Shown here: in pieces, positions 37,226 through 48,804 of the stretch
Numbering within the stretch: the stretch's first letter is position 1
How the letters are laid out: each line of letters starts with the position of its first letter
Origin: Octopus sinensis
Taxonomy: Eukaryota
Assembly (NCBI RefSeq): GCF_006345805.1
Contig: NC_042999.1
Span: 108,872,001-108,936,000 of the forward strand
Reading direction: 5' to 3'
DNA: 64,000 nucleotides
The notes under the pieces: generated by a model
The model's database searches: none
Told to the model about the DNA's origin: nothing
Seen by the model: only the letters and a program-made list of their open reading frames with translations
Made by a program: the position numbers and the translations under genes

Positions 37226-37678
37226 TATGTTTACTTTATTACTAACACAAGCCAGTACGGTTATTTAATGTAAAGTCTTCCTCAAATCACTATCTCTGGC
37301 TATTTACTCTCTTCCAAGAACATTTTCACTCACACTTATGTGTTAGCTTCCCATACATTTTACTCATGTATCTATCAGCGTGATAGAGAGAAACAAATAT
37401 TACATCTAGTTTCACTTTATTCGTTGCCCACTGTGTGTGTGCATTTGCGTGTGGTGTAAACCAGACTAAGAAAAGCATTTGACACACACACCAGAATGTG
37501 AGTTTTCTGTAAATTTTGCTTAATTGGAGTTTAAATTTTAAAAACTGGACCTGGCATGACGCGATGCATTGTACTCTTAAAAATGGTAGGTAAAGTGTAA
37601 TTGAAGAAATCCTATATTGTAGATTTGTATAACTCCCAAAGGGAGGCAGATAAAATCTGCCTTTTATAATAAGAGATA

Positions 37679-37760
37679 CTGGGTGCTTCTTATGTGGCAC
37701 CAACACTGGTGCTTTTTATGTGGCACCAACACTGGTGCTTTTTATGTGGCACCAACACCA
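37679..37760 (+). repeat. 3x about 26-bp tandem repeat (ctggtgctttttatgtggcaccaaca) in an RTE-tail element
   Basis: Three adjacent near-identical units with no spacers. Confidence 0.9.
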
Positions 37761-38254
37761 ATGGGGTCACCAAGTAACTTGTGAGATGAAGACCTCATTG
37801 CAGTTTGAAAAAAAAAACAAAGACTTTGCTGTTTCCAATATAAAGTGTATGTGCGATAGTGCTGATTTTACAAATACCAGCATTGTCAAAGATTGTCGAA
37901 AATAGAAATGTACTGAAAAACATGTTAGTTACATCAGTAAAAACAAAAAAATTGTATGGTGAGTCATATTTAAATAATAAATAATAAGCTAGAAAGAAAT
38001 GAAGAAAATTTATTTTAGTTTCAAACTCCCTGGGAAATAAGACATGCATTTAAATGATTAAGAAATGTTTCAACATAACAAAACACATACCATGTATCAA
38101 AAACATAATACTTTGAAAAATCAATCATAGTTAATTTAATTACAAGAAACATAAATTTAGTGTTCAAGCTATCAAAAGATTTAGTATTCCCAAGCCAAAT
38201 ATAAATTTAACTAAAGTATTTACTTAAACTTTAATATTTTGTAGCTTTTATTTT

Positions 38255-38830
38255 TTACTCATTTCAGTCATTTGACTGTGACCATGCCGGGGTACCACCT
38301 TGAAGGGTTTTTTTAGTTGAATAAATCAACCCCAGGACTTTTTTAAGCCTAGTACTAATTTTATTAGCATCTTTTCTTGAACTGCTAAGTTACAAGGAAT
38401 GTAAACACGCAACACCAGTTGCCAATTACTGGTAGGGAACAAACACAGGACACAAAGAAATATATAGATACATTTATACAGTGGGCTTCTTCCAGTTTCC
38501 ATCTACCAAATTCACTCAAGGCTGTGGTCAGCTCAAGGTTATAGTAGAAGACAGTGGCCCAAAATGCCATGCAGTGAGACTGAACAAGGAACCATGTGGT
38601 TGGGAAGCAAACTTCTTACCACACAACCACGCCTACACCTATATCTTTTATCTTGTTTCAGTCATTGGGCCATGGCCATGCTGGGGCCCTGAGTGGTTTA
38701 GTCAAATGAATTATCCCAGTGCTTATTTTATTCTTAAACCAGGTCACTCTTTTTGCTGAACTGCTACTCACAGGGACATAAACAATGCAACACTAGTTGC
38801 CAAGCAGTGGTGGAGGACCAACACAAATGC
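38255..38830 (-). mobile_element. One full and one partial inverted tRNA-SINE copy
   Basis: Reverse-complement tail (tttcagtcatttgactgtgaccatgcc) to head (accatgtggttgggaagcaaacttcttaccacacaaccac), followed by a second tail segment. Confidence 0.8.
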
Positions 38831-39477
38831 ACACATACACACCACCATCATCATAGTTTAATGCCTGTTTTCCATGCTGGCATGGGTTGGAAGTGTGACA
38901 GGAACTATCCAGACTCCAATTGTCTGTTGTGGCATGGTTTCTATGGCTGGAAGCCCTTCCCAATGCCAAACACTTTGCAGTGTGTGCTGGGTGCTTTTTA
39001 TGTGCCACTGGTATGTGGGGGAAACTTTTTTCAGGGATTTTCCTGTTTTTTTTAAACCACAGCCTTCCAAATGTGGGTGGGTGGGGGCTGTGCATCTTTG
39101 TATGAAAAATGTTTTGTAAACCCTTTTTTTACACCCCATCGCTCATCATCCCACTCCAAACCTATTTTGACCAATTTTTTTTTTTTGCATTTCAAAACCA
39201 TGGAAAGACCATTTTCGATGAAACATTTTTTAAAAATTGCTAAAAGATTTTTTAAATTGTTAATTTTTTCTGAGGGGAAAGTGATTTAAGGGTGATTTGG
39301 CTGTTGCTTCTAGTATATCCAGAGACAACCCACCTTGCATGTATTGATGTTTTTCAATACTTTTCCCCCATAAATACATTTATATGCTATAAAAAAGAAA
39401 ATTTGAGAAATTATGAATTTTTTGCAACCCCACTCCCTGCCCCCAATTGTTTTTGTTTAGTAATTAAAATATTGTTT

Positions 39478-40330
39478 TCTTGGTGTAAGTTATGGACACA
39501 TAAGAGGTGCAGCAATATCAAGGGAAGGCTAACTGGGAAGATAGTTTTTGTGAGTAGCAAATGCTCAGGGGTAATAAACATTGAAGATGTACAGGAAACA
39601 GATTCCATCACATGCCAGGGGAAAAAACTAGAAGTAGTTGATAGCTTCTGTTACCTAGGTGACCAAGTCAGTAGCAGGGGGTGGATGCTCTGAAAGTGTA
39701 GCTGCTTGAATAAGAATAGCCTGGGCAAAGTTCAGAGAGCTCCTACCTCTGCTGGTGACAGAGTAAAAGGTAGACTGTATGAGGCATGTGTGCAAACAGC
39801 CATGCTACATGGCAGTAAAACATGGGTTGTGACTGCTGAGAACATGTGTAAGCTGGCAAGAAATGAAACTAGTATGCTCCACTGGATGTGTAATGTCAAT
39901 GTGTAAGTGCCCTGAGAGAAAAGTTGGACATAAAAAGCATCAGATGTGGTGTGCAAGAGAGACGACTGTGTTGGTATGGTCATGTGTTGCATATGGATGA
40001 GGACAGCTGTGTGAAAAAGTGTCACACCCTAGCAGTTGAGGGAACCTGTGGAAGAGGTAGACCCAGGAAGACCTTGGATGAGATGGTGAAGCACAATCTC
40101 CGAACATGGGCCTCACAAAGGCAATGACAAGTGACCAAGACCTTTGGAGATATGTTGTACTTGAGAAGACCTGGCAAGCCATGTGATACTGTAACCATGG
40201 CTTAAGCCAGTGCAGCATAACCAGCCAATTTAAAAGTACCCTTCAATCATTGGGCAATAAACTTTGCTTGCAAAGACTTGTTGAGTCAAGTGAAGTCAGT
40301 GTCGTGGCTGATGCCAGTACCACCTGCAAA
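39478..40330 (+). mobile_element. RTE-clade LINE, 3' part of ORF and UTR, decayed
   Basis: WTHKRCSNIKG..., LEVVDSFCYLGD, IRIAWAKFRELLPLL, KGRLYEACVQTAMLHGS.TW, RRLCWYGHV and GRGRPRKT, with stops and frameshifts. Confidence 0.9.
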
Positions 40331-40861
40331 CGTAAGAGGCTAGATATTGTTTTTATGGACAGACAAGAAAATGTATGTACCAGCATAGAAGTCAACAGCA
40401 TTTATTGAAGTGAATATCTTTTTAGAAATCAATGAGAAAGAGAATAACTTTTGACAACTCTCCCTCAAAACCTTAGTTTCCATATCTAGGTTATAAATTC
40501 ATTTACACCAATAATAACTGGTACATTTGATTTTGTGAGTAAATGTCTAAGTGACAATCTTGGTTGGCTGGGATTTTCAGGAAAAGAACTCAACCAGCAA
40601 ACTCACACATTACAAATTCAACCTGTAAGTGAAGCAGTAAAAATATTAAAGATTTCTCAAGTTCAAAACGTGAATTTGTTTTTGATATCTACATTCCATC
40701 AATGGAGCTTTGTTAGAAACCAACACCTTCCTAACAGAAAGATTTCAAATAATTAAAAGTAGGAGACTTCCCCCACCACCACCACCATCCACACAATCAT
40801 TAATATATATAGTTCACTGATGAAAAAATATCTTTTTATTTAATATAAAGTGTAAATGCTT

Positions 40862-41330
40862 TAAGAGGAGAACTGGGTATAAGAGGCATCAGATGTTGTA
40901 AGCAAGAGAGAAGACTGCACTGGTATGGTCATGTGATAAGTATGGATAAGGACAGCTGCATAAAGAAGTGCCAAGCTCTAATTGTGAAGGGAACCTGTGG
41001 AAGGGGTAGACCCAGGAAGACACAAGAAAAAGTAGTGAGAAAGGATGTACGGATGCTGGGCCTCTCTGGGAAAATGGCAAGAGACTGGATGTCGTGGCAA
41101 TTTGCTGTACTTGAGAAAACGTGTCAAGCTATGTAAAATGGCTGTCATCCATACATACAGGCATAATCTTTACAGGTATTGGCACCCAGCACACACTGTA
41201 AAGTGGCTGGCGTTAGGAAGGGTATCCAACTATAGAAACCAAAGAATCGGGACAGCTCCCAGCTGGCCAACTCCATGTCAAATGGTCCAACATATGCCAG
41301 TATGGAAGACGGATGTTAAATGATCATGAT
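40862..41330 (+). mobile_element. RTE-clade LINE 3' fragment with tail
   Basis: LREELGIRGIRCCKQERRLHWYGHVISMDKDSCIKKC...GRGRPRKT, then a 3' UTR ending ccatatgccagtatggaagacggatgttaaatgatcatgatg. The same tail occurs at about 12240-12420, 15980-16120, 17870-18060, 30480-30720, 35590-35747 and 38850-39010. Confidence 0.88.
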
Positions 41331-41366
41331 GAACAATCATTTAATATTGGTTAATATCTAGTTTAA

Positions 41367-43560
41367 CACCCGGCCACCAAATAAAAAGAAAAGTGTAATA
41401 GATGTACAAAAATGTGTAGTAAACAAATCTGAAAACCAAAATTTGTGCAAACGAACCAGGTGGGGTGTGGAGATATATAAATGTCTTTCAAACAGCATAG
41501 ATTACAACTATAAAGAAACTTGTGGGGAAAATCCTTTTCCAAAGCAGTGGGGTGAGGATTTTGGCAAAATTCACATGATCCAATTTTTTCCCTCATAACT
41601 TTCAAGAAAATGAGTATCTTTTAATGAAAGTTTATACAAATACCTTTTAAACGGCATAGATAATATAAACAAATTTATGAGGATAAGTTTTCCAGGAATT
41701 GGGAAGAGAAGTTTCGGATCAGGAAGACCACATACTCCTCCAGACCGATTTTTGCACTTAAAAACTATAGGAGGAGCCTTTTGGGTCTAAAAAAAATTGT
41801 AGATATTTTCAGAGGGAACAGTGTGATTTAAGGGAGATTTAGCTGTTGTTTCTAGCATACCCCAAGACAACCCTCCTCGCTTCTTTTTTCCTCACACATG
41901 TATTGATGTTTTACAATATTTTTCTCCCAATAAACACATTTATACCACAAAAAAAATTTGAAAATTTATGATTTTTTTCAACCCCCACTCCCTGCTCCTG
42001 TTTGTTTCTGTTTATAATTGAAAATATTGAAGAGCCTGAGGTAATTTCAAAATAAGTTTGTAAAAGATAATTAATTTTAATAGTATACTTTTCCGTTAGA
42101 AAACGTTTTTTTCTTAAGCGTACATGGCCTCAATTAAGGTAGGAGTAAAATTTAAATTACCATTTTTTTGTTGATGCTTATATCCCACTAATGGACCGCG
42201 CGTGTGGTCCATTAAAGGGGGAGGGGAGTAAAACAAACAAAAATATTTCAAACCGTTTTTTTCATAAAAAGATGCTCATCATTTCGAAGGCTGTAGGGAA
42301 AAACAAATGAAAAGATCTCCATCGAGACGGAGAAATTTCAACTTATGTGGTCTTCTTGAGCCGAAACTCCTCTCCCCACCCCTCGGAAAGCCCCCCCCTC
42401 CCCTTCTTTATAATTGTAATCTATGCCGTTTAAGAAGTATTTGAATAAACTTTCATTAAAAGACACCGATTTTCCCGAAAGTTACGAGGGAAAAAATCGG
42501 ATCGTGTGAATTTTCCAAAACTCCTCTCCTTCGGAAAATTTTTCCTTTCCCCACAAATTTCTTTATAATCGTAACCTATGCCGCAGTTAATGTTTACATC
42601 TTGACCTGGAAATGAAAATCCCCCCCCCCCAAAAAAAAAACTGGAATGGGTGTAAAACAATGTGTAGGAAACGAATATGAAAAAAAAAATACGCGCAAAG
42701 TAACAGGAGGACTTTGGAAAATTTACAAGATCCGAGCTTTTCCCTCGTAACTTTTAGGAAAATGGGTTTTTCTCAATTAAATTTTATAGAAATACCTTTC
42801 AAACGGCATACATTACAATTATAAAGAAATTTGTGTGGAAAATCTTTTCCAAGGGGGTGGGGAGAGTACCTCGGAAAATTCATAAGATCCGAGTTTTTCC
42901 CTTGTAACTTTTAGGAAAATGTTGTTTTTTTTCCCAATGAAATTTTATATACCTTTCAAACGGCATACAATATGATTATAAAGTAATTTGTGTATATATA
43001 TATCATATACATATACACAGACACACACACATATAGTTAAGAGGGGATAAACTCGAATCTTGTAAATTTTCCGAAGTCCTCTCCCCACACCCTTGGAAAA
43101 TATTTTCCACACAAGTTTCTTTATAATCGTAATGTATGCCGTTTGAAAGTTATTTCTATAAAATTTCATTGAAAAAAACTCATTTTCCTAAAAGTTACGA
43201 GGGAAATGCTCGGATCTTGGGAATTTTCCTAAGTCCGCTCCCCCACTCTCCCGTTGCTTTGCGCGCATTTTTGTTTTCATATTCGTTTCCTACACATTGT
43301 TTTACACCCATTCCAGTTTTTTTTTTCTTCTTTTTTTGGATTTTCATTTCTGGGTCATGATGTAAACATTAACCAAAATTTCTTTAATAGATATCCATTT
43401 TCCTGAAAGTTACAAGGGAAAAAATCGGATCGTGTGATCTTTCATCTCTTCACCCTACGGTTCGTTTGCGCAAATTTTGGTTTTCAGATTCGTTTACTAC
43501 ACATTTTTTTTTTTTTTTTTACACCTATTACACTTTTTTCTTGTTCTGATGGCAGGGAAT
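41367..43560. mobile_element. Outer TTAA-flanked foldback element with long modular TIRs
   Basis: TTAA at 41363-41366 and 43561-43564. The left arm (aaagtgtaatagatgtacaaaaatgtgtagtaaacaaatctgaaaaccaaaatttgtgcaaacgaacc) is inverted relative to about 43380-43560. Confidence 0.75.
42591..43368. mobile_element. Inner TTAA-flanked foldback element nested in the right arm of its relative
   Basis: TTAA|TGTTTACATCTTGACC...GAAATGAAAATCC and GGATTTTCATTTCTGGGTCATGATGTAAACA|TTAA. The arms are built of about 150-bp modules. Confidence 0.88.
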
Positions 43561-46466
43561 TTAACTTGAGTTAAACTTTAATATCTTTAAAAAAAAAAAA
43601 AACATCTTCATATTTATATTTTCTTTGTATATACAATACTTACATGAAACAAAACAAAGAATACAACACATTTATTTTTACTCTTCGGGTCTGTGATAGC
43701 AGTTTATAATGCCATGTCTACAAACTTGATAGTTCTATGCATACAACTACTGACTGTAAAGTTGGATATGACAGCAATGGATGTTGGATTAATAATCAAG
43801 AGTATGATGGTCTCAGTTCTACATGGGACTCAACATGAACTCATAACAGATCGACTTTTGCTTTTTAACTAAATACACAGACTAAGAAAAAAAAGTTTTT
43901 ATGACAGCTAGTTTAAGAAGAGTTGTTTCCCTTGGATCTGTAAAGGGTGATTAATTAGTATTGATGCTTTTTTAAGGTACTCTCGGCGTTAAATGAACAG
44001 TAATCAAATTTCTTACGTTTTGTTTCTCCAAAGTTTCACCATTTAATTCATAAGGTCTTTTAAATTAATTATGCTACAAGACCTCAGATTTATAAGAAGA
44101 CCTAACTGCGTTTTGGCACATCAAATTCGTGTACTATTTATTTCAACATGCTTTAATGAGTGACACAATATATATAGTCAATTTTAAAAGGTATACGATA
44201 AATTAAATGAACTATAGTTTTGGAATGTATACACGACTCATCAGTTTAGCAACAAAATTAATTTGGATGTTATGATGTGAATGCAACCAAATTCGTTCGG
44301 TGTTTTCTCATTCAACTTTCGTCAAACTTCAAGACAGGTCTACACTATCAATACGATAGTGTCATATAGGGAGTTGATTCGGAGAGACAATGCATGCAAT
44401 TAGCTGATAAAAATTCCTTAATGAATTAAAAGCAACGAGCAAAACGACAATGAAATCAGTTCTTAGAAATTTTTAGAAACAAAACTGTGGATCCGATCGT
44501 TAAAGCCGAGAGTAGCATACGTTTCAGGCTTATTAAACCATCTCAGCTAATTAAACTTGTAAACTTTTTTTTTCTTCTTTGAAAATTACCTTTACATAAT
44601 TTTTTTATCGTTAATTGTTAATATTAAATATATAAGACTTAAAGTTTTCTTGACCAGCCTCGGTTAAGCAAACCTATGATGAAAGGCATTTTGTCCATAA
44701 TTATCCCTTCTTTTTCTCAGGAATATAGTATCTAGAACTACATTATGTAAAGTATCCTTCCTGCTTATTTAAGACGGAAAACAAGCTGTATGGCCATTCA
44801 GCGGACCTGTATGAGTTCAACATAATAAATTACACCTATACGTTCAACGACCCGTAGCAAGTACTACTATATGGTCGTTAAGGTAGTAAGATGTGTTATT
44901 TGACTGCTCCAACTGAAAACGATAACAGCTAAACGTTAAATTAAGAAAAATTAAATCGTGTGAAGACTGTTATTAATGACATGAGTAAATACCAGCTGTT
45001 AAAACTATTCTTCGGTTTGTATTTACAACAGACTAAGAGAGATATTGTAAAGGACAAACACGATAAAGTTTACTAAGAGAATTTAGTCAATAACAATATG
45101 CCCTTCAACAAGAATACAACTAATATTCAAAAACAAAAGATAAATAAGGCATAATAATGGAAATAAGAGCATTTATCAACTTCAGTAAATAATTGAGTAA
45201 TAATAAAATAGTAACAATACCTTTTTTACATAAATATAGTTTCTACAAAGATATCACATTCGGTTTGAGTAACTACGGTGCTGGTTAAACTAGTTCCTAT
45301 GTAAAATAGATCCGCAGCAAACTAAATACTGTAGTAATAAAATATTTGGATTTACACACGTATGGGCAATATTTTTCGAGAAGCCTGCTGCATATGTAAG
45401 CTCATCATCAAGTGGGCCCCACTATTAAAAATATTCCTTATTATTTTTCAAGGTAATTTTTCGTAAGGCATACCATTCAGAAAATGCTGCGGGTCACAAT
45501 TTCTCCTTGACTATTGTAGATAATTAAGTTTATAACAATTCGACAAAAGTACTTTATAGTATTTTTTATATTTTTTTAAAGATGACATTTGTTTTAAATT
45601 TTCCCTTTGGCAGAATTCTGCTATATAACGCCTCGTAACTTTCTTATTTTTTGGAATTCTCAGAAAATTTTTCTGTGTTTCTGTTCTATACACGGGGCTT
45701 CATATGATTATGCAAAAACCAAACAAACAAACAAAAAAAACGATTTTGCGTGTGATTTAAGGGCTGTTTAACTGTTATTTTTAGCACATTTCGCAACCAC
45801 CTGATACACTCTAAGTTTCTTATTCACTCTCACGTATTGATGTTTTTGAATAGCTTTCTCCCCGTAAATACATTTAATGGTCTATCGCTGGGATTTAAGC
45901 AAAAATTCGAACTGTCCGTATTTGAAACTGATTTTTAAAAAGAATGCGAAAATTTTAAAGTCGGAATACAGAAGAAAAGTTTTCTTTTTCATAGTCGGAT
46001 GTGTTCCCGTATAAAGAATACAAATAACCAAATATATTCTGAAAATTCCAAAAGATAAAAATGTTATGAGAGATTATATGGCGTACTTAAAGCAGAATCC
46101 CGCCTCCTCTTTTTATCAAATTAAAATTGTCAGCAAAATAAATATTAGAAGTTTGGGGGAGGGTTATCTGAATGAGTTTTGTCCTAGGTGGGGTTTTGTC
46201 CGGTTCCCATAAGTTGTGACTTTTTTTCCTTTGACTTTATTACCAGCCACCATAAATTAATTGTAACTTTTTCCCTGTGACTTTATTAGTGACTTTTTTC
46301 CTATGACTTTATTACCTGTCACCTACATGAATATGATAGATACATACACACACGCGTGTTTGTCCTCCACAAGCGCTTGACAACCGCTGTTGATTTGTAG
46401 CCATATTTCTTTACAAGTCCCATTACTGTCAAACTGGAGCACGTGCGTTTGTTTACATTTGAAGAA

Positions 46467-47032
46467 GGGTACGAGTCGCGTAAGACTGGACCCGGTGCGC
46501 GCACACGCATCGAGCATTACCTACTCTTTCTCTTTCTACTGACAGAATAGAACACATTTCGCTGTCGACTGCAACCAGCGAACAAAGTTTTTGTCATTAC
46601 ACGCCCCATGGTACACGGCTAGACGGCCACGACAATTGGTGACAGACTGACGTTATTAGCATACATCAAAACAAATTCGGCTGCTATTTCTAACAGCTCG
46701 GTGAAAAATATCTCTTGACCGAAGTTGTACAAGGTCTGTGTTTGCTCCTTGTTTTCAGTTTCTCCAAAGACCCAACTGAACTCTCGTCTTTAACTTCAGC
46801 TGAACAGTTCCCAGTCCTACCCTGGTCGTGCAGACCTGATCAAAGGAGTTTATTTTTAACCAGACGTAAATAACCCTTTACTTCATAGAAATGTAGGGGC
46901 TCGCTATTAACTTAGTTTTTGCAGTGTTGCGCCAATCAGCTCATTTGCATACGCAAGTCGCTGTAGGATCGACTACCTACGACTGGCTTGCGCGTTTGCG
47001 CGCACCGGGTCCAGTCTACGCGACTAGTACCC
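46467..47032. mobile_element. Unclassified GC-rich MITE-like insertion with about 37-bp TIRs (GGGTAC.AGTCGCGTA..ACTGGACCCGGTGCGCGCA)
   Basis: 46467-46503 vs 46997-47032 are inverted with 1 mismatch and 1 indel. Confidence 0.6.
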
Positions 47033-48193
47033 TGTTTCCCTAGTGGATCTGTGCATCGGGTTGTAGTACATTGCCTGCCAGGTGGAAAGTAATTGGTGTG
47101 TGTCCATTGAGTCGGTGACTTCCTTCCGTTCGTGTTGTGTGAGAATGGAACTGAAAACTATGCATCGTGAAAGTTCATGTCCTGTAATTCTTGTTGATGC
47201 GACTGGCATGGACTGTAATTGTTTTCAAGAGGTCATGCGATGCTGAAGCAGTAAGTCTTTGAAATCGAGCTCACCAAATGTAATGGATAAGGTAACAGAG
47301 ACTGCAATTCCGTAGCTCGGGGGTCAGCAATTGTGACAGAGTTGTGTTCGAATCACGTTTTGGGTAACCAGTTGTATCGTTGTGGTTGATGTATGCTAAT
47401 AACGTCGGTCTGTCACCAATTGTCGTGGCCGTCTAGCAGTGTACCATGGGGCGTGTAATGACAACTTTGTTCGCTGGTTGCAGTCGACAGCGAAATGTGT
47501 TCTATTCTGTCAGTAGAAAAAGAAAGAGTAGGTAATGCTCGATGCTGACAATAGAGAATGTGAAAGTGGCATTGTCACTTCTTCACTTCGGCCGACTGTA
47601 GAAAAAGAGATATACCACCGTGATAGCTATTGTTTTCATGAGGTGTAATTGTAGACCCGGGAAGGTTGAGTCAAATGGAAAACACATCAATTGACTGAGC
47701 AAAGCCATGTGGTGAAAGTGATTCAAAGAACAATGCAGTTGATTCGTAAGCGGAAATTTACTGATTTAGGTTCGAATTTAATCTATGTCCAAATGAAGTC
47801 ACTATATATGTATAAGTAGCTAGAGTTCGTTCTAACCATTTCTCTTATTTCTGTAAAATGCACTTCTGTTTTGAAAATTGCGGATGCAAAATTTCAGAGA
47901 AGGGAATGGAAATATTAATTGTGTGTGGTAGCAATTTGTTTCTTGTTTTGTTTTTTTATTTGATTCAGACTCTCGATGTTATGATTACAAATTCAAAAAC
48001 CATTGAAAACAAAAAAAAAAAGACAAAAAATATTAAACATTTGACAAAATTTTACTTGCATGGGTTATTTCCGTGTGTAGAAGACAATTTTGTAAAGGTA
48101 TTTTAAAACTCCGAAAATCATACATGTTACAAGATCCGAAAGGCGCATGGAGAAAAGAAAGAAATGCAAATTACTAAGATACAAAGAAAGAAA

Positions 48194-48706
48194 TCTATAT
48201 ATATAAAACTGTAGTTGTGTGAGTGTCTGTCCCCTTCGATTTAGATTCCTAACTACTCCCACATTTTGCAGTGCAGTTTAACCAAATTCGGGTATCTTAT
48301 AGTCGTGATTCATATCGAGCCCGTCTGAGTATTAGCGCGCGTCTACGATGAGTCTACGATTTTAAAAATAATTTAACATCATTTTTTATTCCATTTTAAT
48401 GCATAATTTTTCGTGTGTCGATGGCGGCGGAGTTGGCGTCCATGGTCACACCTGCACCTGTTTGCTTCTCCCCCTTCTTCCCTCCTTCGTGAAGCTGTGG
48501 GGAAGGGAGTGTAAGGAAATCAACGTCGTAAAGCGTTGTCAAGGAGACCAGCGTTCTTTTAGAACAACGACTTCGTGGCTTGAAGACACCAAAACAGAAA
48601 TGGCTAAGAAAGCCCGAATTGGCATCTATAAGGGAAGTAACTCTCTAAAAATGCTTATATAGTTATTTCCCTTACAAACCCGGGCAACGCCGAGCGATAC
48701 TGCTAG
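48194..48706 (+). mobile_element. Non-autonomous Helitron, family A, copy 2
   Basis: A|TCTATATATATAAAACTG ... cccgggcaacgccgagcgatactgCTAG|T. Confidence 0.92.
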
Positions 48707-48804
48707 TTAATAATAAATATAAAGTTATACAGATTCCCATGAATTTGAGGCTAAATTAAACAACAGAACACATTTTATGAACTTCATAAAACACATTTTT
48801 GAAA

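Noticed and set aside
36954-37268. Cys/Val/Met-rich ORFs (also 58512-58843, 62820-63083, 49644-49955)
   Set aside because: Translations of (TG)n/(TA)n microsatellites.
37679-37760. Three 26-bp direct repeats resembling a mini CRISPR array
   Set aside because: No spacers, eukaryotic context, and part of a retroelement tail.
44188-44250. CTGATGA on the minus strand with a palindromic aactatagtt downstream (also CTGATGA...GAAA at about 28072-28090)
   Set aside because: No GAAA, stem II does not pair and stem I is out of register; the 28-kb case has no stem I or stem III.
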